NCBI RefSeq assembly: GCF_001462395.1
Contig: NZ_LNTB01000001.1
Coordinates: forward strand, 1,050,001-1,082,000
Length of the DNA: 32,000 bases
DNA from: Pyrodictium occultum
GTDB lineage: Archaea; Thermoproteota; Thermoprotei_A; Sulfolobales; Pyrodictiaceae
Direction of reading: 5' to 3'
The notes below the pieces were generated by a model. It did no database searches and was not told the origin of the DNA. It saw only the letters and a program-made list of their open reading frames with translations. A program made the translations under genes and the position numbers. Below, piece by piece: positions 25,190 through 32,000 of this stretch. The first letter of the stretch is position 1. Every line of letters begins with the position of its first letter.

Positions 25190-26326
25190 TTAAGACTTAC
25201 CCTGGATATCATGTCCGGGCCGGCTGGCGCCTAGCCCACCCTTCCTGGCCAGAGCGCGCAGCCGCTGATAGTAGGCCGCGACCGGGCTGCGGGTGCCACA
25301 GTCTGCCTTACATATGCCAAGCGTCTTCATCTTCTCGCAGCTGTACACCCTATACTTCTTGCCGGAGCCGCGCAGCCCCGCCAGGTGCTCCACCTGGTAC
25401 CTGGTGATCCTCTCGTTGAAGTCAGGCATGTTCCGGAAGTAGCCCACCACATAGTCCACATCCGCCCCTATATTGAGGAGGAAGGTGGCCAACGCGAATC
25501 GCTCGTGATGACTCAAGTGCTCGCCTCCACGGGCCCTGGCAGCCAGGTCAGCTATGCACGGCGGGAACGCCTCCTCGACCACGACGCCCCGGGGGAGCTC
25601 TACACGGCCCCCACGAGTCCTTGGCCTCTGACGCTCCGAGAGCAGCTCCTTCACATGGTCCAGGAGGCTGGAGAGAGCCTCCGCAGCCTCAGGCCCCGCC
25701 TCCTCGCCGAGGGCGAGTATCCTCCTCTCAACATACTCCGTGACAGCCTCCTTTACTACGCGGACCACGCTCTGCTTCTCGAGATATACTCGCCCCTTCT
25801 TAACGGGGAGGTTTATCGGCTTCCAGGCGTCGTCGCCTACAAGCCTCTTAGCTGCATGCAGGTACTCCAGGAGGCTCATTGAGTACGGGTAGACCTTGTA
25901 GACAGGAACCCCCCGCACGAGCGCAACGGGCTCTCTATAGCCGTTCCCATATGAGAGGCTGCGCAGCCCCACTAGACGGCCGAGATGAGCCACAGCCTCG
26001 TCCTTCTCGTCGCTGAGAAGCTTGTAGGCCCGGTTGGCCTCAGCAAGGGCGAGCCTTGAGACTAGCCAGCGGTTCCCGGAGAGGCTCGCGGCCAGGGCAG
26101 CATAGTAGAAGGAGAGGACCTCCTCCTCGAGGCTCCTCCAGGGCCCCGGGGCCCGGGCGCTGCGGATGGCCCTCTCTAGTCTATACTGGGCCCTCTCCAG
26201 GTACTCCCTCCTCAGCCGCGCCACCTCTAGCGGGCCTACGCCAAACCTCCTCCGCGCGACGGCTACGGGGTCTGCGAGGAAGGGATAGAGCCTGGTATCT
26301 ATCACGGCGGGGACAGCATGGCTCAT
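25190..26326 (-). CDS. priL: DNA primase large subunit PriL
   Basis: 378 aa. It has the FPPCI..L......GEHLSHHERFALATFLLNIG motif and C-terminal Fe-S cysteines (YSCEKMKTLGICKADCG). Confidence 0.85.
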   Translation of the reverse strand: MSHAVPAVIDTRLYPFLADPVAVARRRFGVGPLEVARLRREYLERAQYRLERAIRSARAPGPWRSLEEEVLSFYYAALAASLSGNRWLVSRLALAEANRAYKLLSDEKDEAVAHLGRLVGLRSLSYGNGYREPVALVRGVPVYKVYPYSMSLLEYLHAAKRLVGDDAWKPINLPVKKGRVYLEKQSVVRVVKEAVTEYVERRILALGEEAGPEAAEALSSLLDHVKELLSERQRPRTRGGRVELPRGVVVEEAFPPCIADLAARARGGEHLSHHERFALATFLLNIGADVDYVVGYFRNMPDFNERITRYQVEHLAGLRGSGKKYRVYSCEKMKTLGICKADCGTRSPVAAYYQRLRALARKGGLGASRPGHDIQGKS

Positions 26327-26511
26327 AGCCTATCCTTACCCCGTGGCTTGCCGGGGGCCTAGGCCCCTAGAGCCTCTAGCTGGGATGAGAACACCTTACT
26401 AGGCTTTGGGGCCGGAGGCGGCAGAGGGGCCCGGAGCACAGATAGCCGGCATAACGTCCAGGCTGTTATGGAGGATGCCCTAGCTCCAGCGCTCCAGGCG
26501 GGCGTGGCTCC

Positions 26512-27306
26512 ATGGCGCCCGTGAGGCACGTGGCCAGCCCCGGACTTGAAGAGGGCTACCGCTTCCTCAACGAGGCAGTGGCGCGCCGCGACCTAGTCGT
26601 CGCAGTGGCGAGGTGTAGTGTCGAGTACGAGGGCCGCGGGGCCAGCAGGCTCGGCGAGGGGGACCGGCTGCTAATAGTGAAGCCCGACGGCGCCGTCCTG
26701 GTCCACAGGCCTACAGGCTACTCGCCAGTGAACTGGCAGCCGGACAGCCATGTGATAACAGTGGAGGCCCATAACGGCTTCATAGTACTGCGGAGCGTGA
26801 GGAAGAGGCCGCGGGAAGTGCTAGTAGTAAGGATATCGAGGCTCTACTTCGCAGTAGCGATTCACGGGCTCGTCGACGAGGCAGAGTTCATAGAGTATCT
26901 CGACGAGGGCGAGATAGCGGACTACCTGGCGCGGCACCCGGAGGTGATAGAGGAGGGTCTCCGGGTAGTACGTAGGGAGAGGCCCCTGGAGAGCGGCTAC
27001 GCCGACATAGTTGCAGTAGACCGGGAGGGACGCTACGTGGTCATAGAGGTCAAGAGGGTTACAGCCGGGATGGAGGCAGTCAAGCAGCTCCACCGCTACG
27101 TGGAGGGCCTGCGCAAGAACAACCCGGGAGCCAAGGTTAGGGGCATACTAGCCGCTCCGGCCGCCACCAAGGAGGCTCTGAGCCTGCTCTCGAGCCTAGG
27201 TCTCGAGTACCGCCGGATAGACGTGGCCAAGCTGCACCGGGAGGCCAAGAGGGAGAAGCCTAGAAGCCGGGTAGCCTCGCTGCTCGACTTTATAAAACGC
27301 TCCTAG
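26512..27306 (+). CDS. nucS: endonuclease NucS/EndoMS
   Basis: The N-terminal beta-barrel part is CSVEYEGRGASRLGEGDRLLIVKPDGAVLVH...GYSPVNWQP. The C-terminal PD-(D/E)xK part is GYADIVAVDREGRYVVIEVKR. Confidence 0.85.
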   Translation: MAPVRHVASPGLEEGYRFLNEAVARRDLVVAVARCSVEYEGRGASRLGEGDRLLIVKPDGAVLVHRPTGYSPVNWQPDSHVITVEAHNGFIVLRSVRKRPREVLVVRISRLYFAVAIHGLVDEAEFIEYLDEGEIADYLARHPEVIEEGLRVVRRERPLESGYADIVAVDREGRYVVIEVKRVTAGMEAVKQLHRYVEGLRKNNPGAKVRGILAAPAATKEALSLLSSLGLEYRRIDVAKLHREAKREKPRSRVASLLDFIKRS

Positions 27307-27413
27307 CGCGCGTGCCACGCCCCAGGAGCCTGCCAGCGGCTGGCAGGGCGGGCGATGGTGGATAGGCCCTGAACCCTAGGATAGCCGAGTGGCTAAGCGA
27401 GACGCTGCATACC

Positions 27414-28301
27414 GTGCAGTCGGCTAACAAGCTGTACATTCTCCTAGCCTTAGCGGTCTACATAGCGTCCGTAGCAGTGTACGGTCTACGCTGGGTTATA
27501 GTGCTGCGCAGGGCTGGGGTCCGGCTCAGGCTCCGAGACGCGGTTGAGGCGTACCTGGCCGGCATACTGGTGAACAACATAACCCCCTCTGCTAGGGCCG
27601 GCGGCGAGCTCATGAGGATAGCATACGCCTATGTGAAGACGGGGGCGGCGCCGGCCAAGCTGCTTAACAGTGTCGTCTTTGAGCGCATAAGCGAGGCCGT
27701 GCCGGTGGTCGCTATAGCTGTAGCAGCCCTCGTGGAGGTTCTGCTCTCCGGCGGCAGGGCTCGCGGGCTCATAATCGGTGTTGCCCTAATGCTTGCAGCG
27801 ATAGGCCTCGGCGTAAAGTACTGGGATAGGCTGCTCGAGATGGCCTCGGGGAGGCTGGGCTTCAGCTATGATCCCGGCTCCGAAGCAGCCTTGCAGAGGC
27901 TCCTGAGGGACCGGCGGCTGTTGACGGTGGCAGCCGCTCTCGGCGCTGCTGTATGGGTTATGGATATATTTAGGCTCTACCTTGAAGCGCTGGCGGTGGG
28001 CTGGAGGGCGCCGCTCGGGCACTTTGTCACGGCATCCTTCCTATACCTTATAATCGGCCTGGTAGCCGTAACCCCTGGCGGGGTCGGGATAGTTGAAGGC
28101 GGGCTGGCGGCCACATTCATAGCTCTAGGTGCGGAGCCCAAGCAGGCCCTGGCTATAACCATAATAGAGAGGCTGATCTCATACGTAATAGCCTCGGTAC
28201 TGGGGCTTGTGGTCACACTAATCAGCGGGGCAGGGAGGGCTTGGACCCTCTTAAAGTCGCGCTGGCGTCGGACTGGTTTTACCCCAAGATTGGGGGCATA
28301 G
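27414..28301 (+). CDS. flippase-like (UPF0104 / lysylphosphatidylglycerol-synthase TM-region family) membrane protein
   Basis: GTG start and a polytopic protein. It has LRWVIVLR and GILVNNITPSARAGGELMRIAY, the family signature, with multiple TM helices. Confidence 0.7.
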   Translation: MQSANKLYILLALAVYIASVAVYGLRWVIVLRRAGVRLRLRDAVEAYLAGILVNNITPSARAGGELMRIAYAYVKTGAAPAKLLNSVVFERISEAVPVVAIAVAALVEVLLSGGRARGLIIGVALMLAAIGLGVKYWDRLLEMASGRLGFSYDPGSEAALQRLLRDRRLLTVAAALGAAVWVMDIFRLYLEALAVGWRAPLGHFVTASFLYLIIGLVAVTPGGVGIVEGGLAATFIALGAEPKQALAITIIERLISYVIASVLGLVVTLISGAGRAWTLLKSRWRRTGFTPRLGA

Positions 28302-29455
28302 AGACCCATATACATGAGCTTGCTCTTACGCTGCAGAGGATGGGGCACGAGCCTCACGTGTTCACCCACGACTATAGGGCCTTCGGGCCCTACCGTGACT
28401 CGTTCCCCTACCCTGTGCATAGGCTTAGAGGGAGATTCTACATCAAGTCAGCGCACGTCAGCCTCGGGCCTGGGGCGCTGATGGAGGCGAACAATATATA
28501 CAAGAAGGTGGGGTTTGATATAACCCATGTACACAGCATATACTCGCCCCTTGCCGTGGCAATGGCTAACCTCTCCCGCGGCATCCGTGGAGTGCCTGTA
28601 GTCGCGACTAATCATTCTCTCTTCCTCTGGCGCCGCGCGACCCTCCCCCTAGTCTATGTGATACGGCATTTTCTCCGGCGGGTGGACGCCTTCATAGCCG
28701 TGAGCCGGAAGGTCGCAGAGGATTCGCGGAGGCTCCTGCGGCTAGACGGGCACCCGCTCTATATAGTGCCTAACGCTGTTGATCCATCCTTCTGGAGGCC
28801 GGCAGAGGACGAAGAGAGGGCCAGGGCTAGGCGGGCTCTCGGCATCCCGGAGGAGTCGTTTACCGTGGCCACCGTGGGCAGGTTCACTAGGAGGAAGAGG
28901 ATCCACGTGGTACCACGCATAGTGGCTGAGGCGGCTAGGAAGACCGGGCAAGCTATCAACCTGGTTATCGTCGGCGACGGGCCTCTCGCCGACCTCGTGG
29001 CCGAGGAGGCTAGGAGGTACTCGAGGGAAGTTAGGGTGATGATTCTAGGCTTTGTTGAGAGGGAGAGGCTGCGCGAGATATACTGGGCCTCCGACCTCCT
29101 AGTCGTGCCGGCGAGGCTGGAGGCATTCTCCATAACCGCCCTGGAGGCTATGGCGTGCGGCGTCCCGGTCATAGGCTTCAGGGAGAGCGGCATAAGCGAT
29201 GTCATAGAGGACGGCTCTACGGGGTTCCTCGTGGATAGCGACGAGGAGGCGGCTGAGAAGGCGGCCCTGCTAGCACTCGACGAGGATCTTAGGGCTAGGA
29301 TGGAGCATAGGGCGCCTCTCCATATAGCGCAGCACTTCTCCTGGGAGAAGGTTGGCCGGAACATAGTGGAGATATACCGGGCCACTATGGAGGCCGCTGC
29401 TGGCAGCGATAAACGCTACCTGCTCTACCGGCTCTGGCGGTGGATCATGGGATGA
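28241..29455 (+). CDS. glycosyltransferase, GT4 family (GT-B fold)
   Basis: It has KVALASDWFYPKIGGIETHIHELA (N-terminal G-rich loop) and the C-terminal E..E region (PARLEAFSITALEAMACGVPVIG......E.I.DG.TG). The TTG start overlaps the previous gene by 61 nt, so the start is uncertain. Confidence 0.85.
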   Translation: MDPLKVALASDWFYPKIGGIETHIHELALTLQRMGHEPHVFTHDYRAFGPYRDSFPYPVHRLRGRFYIKSAHVSLGPGALMEANNIYKKVGFDITHVHSIYSPLAVAMANLSRGIRGVPVVATNHSLFLWRRATLPLVYVIRHFLRRVDAFIAVSRKVAEDSRRLLRLDGHPLYIVPNAVDPSFWRPAEDEERARARRALGIPEESFTVATVGRFTRRKRIHVVPRIVAEAARKTGQAINLVIVGDGPLADLVAEEARRYSREVRVMILGFVERERLREIYWASDLLVVPARLEAFSITALEAMACGVPVIGFRESGISDVIEDGSTGFLVDSDEEAAEKAALLALDEDLRARMEHRAPLHIAQHFSWEKVGRNIVEIYRATMEAAAGSDKRYLLYRLWRWIMG

Positions 29456-30186
29456 CCCCCCGGGTGGCGGTGATAAGCTTCGATGTGGAGCAGGACTGTC
29501 CGCCCTACCTGGACTCGGCCCGTGGCGTGGAGGAGGGGCTTCCGAGGATACTCGAGCTGCTGGCCGAGGAGAGGGTCCGGGCCACATTCTTCTTCACTGC
29601 AGAGATGGCTAGGAGGTTCCCGCGGCTAGCCCGGAGGGTTGTGGACGAGGGCCACGAGCTGGGCTCCCACGGCTACCGCCATGAGAGGCTAGACCGGCTG
29701 CCCCGCAGCGAGGCTGCGAGAGTGCTCGAGAGGTCCACTAGCATCCTCCGCGGCTACGGCGAGGTGAAGGTGTTCCGGGCCCCCAACCTGAAGCTGCCGG
29801 AGAACCTGCTGCCGGTACTGGCCAAGCTCGGCTACCGGGTGGACTCCTCCACGGCTAGGTATAAGCCGCCCTTCCCCCGGCGCGTCGAGAAGCACGGGCC
29901 GCTGGTGCGTGTACCGGTGTCGGTAACCTCCTCTGTGCTCCGGCTCCCCTGGAGGCTCCAGCGCCCCCTGCATGGGGCGCTTGCCCCGCCGCGCGTGTAC
30001 TTCTCCCATCCCTGGGAGTACGTGGATATGTCAAGGGAGCCGGTTAGGCTGGACTGTAGATTCAACACTGGGGAGCCGGCGCTCGAGCTTCTACGGCGCC
30101 TCATACGCTTCCTCCGCGGCGAGGGCTACATGCTGGCGACGCTGTGCGAGGCTGTACGCATGCTCGGCCACGATGTGGAGTGCTAG
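29452..30186 (+). CDS. polysaccharide deacetylase (CE4 / NodB-homology)
   Basis: It has ISFDVEQD (Asp-Asp-type motif 1), TFFFTAEMA and HELGSHGYRHE (His-His motif). ATG 29452 overlaps the GT4 stop (ATGA), and GTG 29440 is the alternative. Confidence 0.85.
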   Translation: MTPRVAVISFDVEQDCPPYLDSARGVEEGLPRILELLAEERVRATFFFTAEMARRFPRLARRVVDEGHELGSHGYRHERLDRLPRSEAARVLERSTSILRGYGEVKVFRAPNLKLPENLLPVLAKLGYRVDSSTARYKPPFPRRVEKHGPLVRVPVSVTSSVLRLPWRLQRPLHGALAPPRVYFSHPWEYVDMSREPVRLDCRFNTGEPALELLRRLIRFLRGEGYMLATLCEAVRMLGHDVEC

Positions 30187-30231
30187 CCGGCCCTCCTCTC
30201 GACGAGGCTCCGCACCGCCTCGGGAGAGCAC

Positions 30232-30780
30232 TAGAATTCCTTGAGGACTTGAGGAGAGCCATAGGGTTCTACTACACTGTTTACAGGGTTATGCTTGAAT
30301 CAGGTGCTAGGTATACCCATGTCCTAAGAATGATCAAGGAATGGAATCCTAGTGAGATTATTGAGATACCTGGTGTAGACATAGTATACCAGAGACTAGT
30401 ATGCTTTGGGGACAGGGGTTTCTGTAGATATTGTAGATACTACATGGGGGTACGTGGATCAACTAAGCAGTGTAAGCGGATATACTTCTCCCATAAGACC
30501 CTGGAATTATTAGAGCAGATTACTCCTAGGAGTATAAGCAGGCATCAGCCTAGAAAATATGCTGAGAAACACGGCTTAATCCTACCAAAGTTATATGAGG
30601 AAGATTGCTTGGAGACTAATGACCAAGGCTATGAACAGGGAGGTAGCAAAATTCATACAATCAAGGTTCGGGGAGCTAAGGGTAAGCGAGGCAAGATACG
30701 AAGACCTACTAGAAGAAGCAGATCAAGCATACCCAGAATACCTAAAGCATCTGGTTAAAATAGGTCTTACCGACTACTAA
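30232..30780 (+). pseudogene. tyrosine recombinase, SSV-type integrase C-terminal (catalytic) part, frameshifted
   Basis: Frame 1 reads LEFLEDLRRAIGFYYTVYRVMLESGARYTHVLRM (box I Arg)...IYFSHKTLELL...KYAEKHGLILPKLY. A shift near 30590-30596 leads to MRKIAWRLMTKAMNREVAKFIQSRFGELRVSEARYEDL (RK..., catalytic Tyr in ARY). No N-terminal domain is present, and the AT-rich homology begins exactly at the composition boundary. Confidence 0.6.
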
Positions 30781-30865
30781 TGTGAGTAAATAAAGAAATG
30801 AAAGAATTGGTCTTACATCACTCCCTCATTCCTATAACCTGTCACGATGAAGTCACCAGGTCTTC

Positions 30866-31981
30866 TTAACTGTTGATTAAGTTTTCCAGAAGCTCAGTGA
30901 TTGGTATAATTTTTCTTGAACCAAAATCTACTCCGAAAAACTCTATCTTATCCCCATATCTCTTCCTGTAGATGTTTCTGAGAGCAAGTATATCCTTAAA
31001 ATATATCATTAACTGGGGGTTTGGTATTATTATCCATAACTTCAAGCCTTTCTTAAGCCTTGATTCTATTCTTCTCCTAAGCTTTAGCATTGGAAGACCT
31101 GTTCCATATAGGGTCTCTATTTCTACTGCTAATTCGCCTAATTCTGAATCTCTTACGTATACATCTAATCTCCCATCAACAAATTCATATTCGGTTCTTA
31201 TATTTTCTTCCCTAACTCCTATCCTCTTAAGATATTCAACAACAAAAGCTTTTAGTGCATAATGGAGGATAGATTCACCACCAATGTTTTCCTCATCCTC
31301 ACTGCTAGGTTCTACGGAAACTATTGTGGTTATTTTGCTTGCAAGTCTTTCTATTTCATCAAAGTACAAATCTTCTAATCTTACAACAGTCGCATCCAAA
31401 TTGAATAATACTGGAGTCTCCTTTCTTACTATACCCCACATGACTTGAGCAAGTTTAAAAACAATATCATCCTCTTTTATATTAACCTCATAGTATTTTG
31501 GAAATGGTGAATCGATCTTAAGAATCTCCTTAACCTTACTAAGCTTCTCCTCACTACCATAAAATACTAGGAAACCAAGGTTTTGAGAATAAAGTTCCTT
31601 AAGCCTATCCTTAAGATATCTTGTCTCAACATCTACTTTGTCTAAATCTAAGACCCAAACATGTTTATCAGCTCTTATGTCTAGTTTAATTTCATCGAAA
31701 TCTATAGCTTCCATGTGTGCTGGTCTTGGCAACCCTTTGCCATGTATTCTATAAATTTCTCTTAGAATTCTCTTTAATAACTCTACGTATTCGAATTTCT
31801 TGTTTTTAGGCTTTCTTGCAAGAATTATTGCTGGCCTATTAATGTTTAGCTTAAATCCCGACCCAAATATAGTTTGTATCGGATCAAGGAATTCTAATTT
31901 CTCCACTTCATCAGAAGGAATAGTAAGACCAGCTGATACCGCAGTCTTTTCAAATAATAAGTCCTTTAGATATCTTTTCAC
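30866..31981 (-). CDS. hypothetical protein with PD-(D/E)xK nuclease-like C-terminal domain
   Basis: 371 aa. The C-terminal GESILHYALKAFVVEYL...GRLDVYVRDSELGELAVEIETLYG fits the E...D...ExE/K restriction-endonuclease-fold core. The N-terminal 230 aa or so has no recognised motif. The gene is AT-rich like the rest of the element. Confidence 0.6.
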   Translation of the reverse strand: MKRYLKDLLFEKTAVSAGLTIPSDEVEKLEFLDPIQTIFGSGFKLNINRPAIILARKPKNKKFEYVELLKRILREIYRIHGKGLPRPAHMEAIDFDEIKLDIRADKHVWVLDLDKVDVETRYLKDRLKELYSQNLGFLVFYGSEEKLSKVKEILKIDSPFPKYYEVNIKEDDIVFKLAQVMWGIVRKETPVLFNLDATVVRLEDLYFDEIERLASKITTIVSVEPSSEDEENIGGESILHYALKAFVVEYLKRIGVREENIRTEYEFVDGRLDVYVRDSELGELAVEIETLYGTGLPMLKLRRRIESRLKKGLKLWIIIPNPQLMIYFKDILALRNIYRKRYGDKIEFFGVDFGSRKIIPITELLENLINS

Positions 31982-32000
31982 AGTAATTGTATCGATTCTA

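Larger units (their letters stand above)
30230..32000. mobile_element. left end of a second AT-rich integrated element (continues beyond the window)
   Basis: Composition drops sharply at about 30230, 45 nt after the deacetylase stop. The first gene is an inward-reading integrase C-terminal fragment, followed by a nuclease-like gene. Confidence 0.55.

Noticed and set aside
27385-27435. tRNA-like D-arm sequence (AGCCGAGTGGCTAAGCG) upstream of or overlapping the flippase-like gene start
   Set aside because: No acceptor stem, anticodon arm or T-arm can be built, and the downstream sequence is clearly coding.
13620-30300. In-frame fusion of the 13527..13811 reading frame (..RNCVYTILE) with Int(C) (FLEDLRRAIG..) through the shared CTAGA, which would make the left fragment an Int(N)
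   Set aside because: The FWGPRLEHILRN block reads as a continuation of the P-loop ATPase family rather than an integrase N-terminal domain. The shared core is only 5 bp, so frame compatibility is probably coincidence.
1-32000. CRISPR arrays, rRNA genes and IS-type transposases
   Set aside because: No regularly spaced direct repeats, no rRNA-like sequence, and no transposase-like ORF or terminal inverted repeats of IS type were seen anywhere in the window.

Overview
GC-rich archaeal chromosomal window. Intron-containing tRNAs with encoded CCA, TATA-box promoters and a PriL / NucS / Taw1 / S25e / NFACT gene set point to a hyperthermophilic crenarchaeote. An Aeropyrum-like Desulfurococcales origin is inference from composition and gene content only. 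Core housekeeping genes fill 1-8979 and about 13700-30190: BtpA-like, thioredoxin, YjbQ, nicotinate phosphoribosyltransferase, initiator tRNA-Met, Ogt-like, Taw1, tRNA-Thr, glycine dehydrogenase subunits 1 and 2, PfkB kinase, MetRS, MBL hydrolase, NFACT/RqcH-like, S25e, PriL, NucS, and a flippase-like/GT4/deacetylase envelope cluster. Two visibly AT-rich accessory segments interrupt the core. (i) About 9030-13690 starts just after the 3' end of tRNA-Thr(CGU). It looks like a decayed conjugative/integrative element: an intact VirB2/CedA1-like pilin gene, a frameshifted PrgI/VirB3-like gene, and a frameshifted, 3'-truncated VirD4/HerA-like P-loop ATPase. Its cargo of unknown function is a tight two-gene operon, an overlapping AbrB/zinc-ribbon pair, and a tail-anchored beta-sandwich + TIR/deoxyribosyltransferase-like protein. 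(ii) About 30230 to beyond 32000 opens with the frameshifted C-terminal catalytic half of an SSV-type tyrosine integrase, followed by a 371-aa protein with a PD-(D/E)xK nuclease-like C-terminus. The best candidates for undescribed biology are the island-1 cargo genes (10079-13009), as a possible defence or addiction module. The two element/chromosome junctions carry similar short inverted sequences. Two GC-rich non-coding stretches (6112-6500 and 8427-8867) may encode structured RNAs that I cannot assign. No CRISPR array or rRNA was seen. All family calls rest on motif recognition by eye, with no database search.
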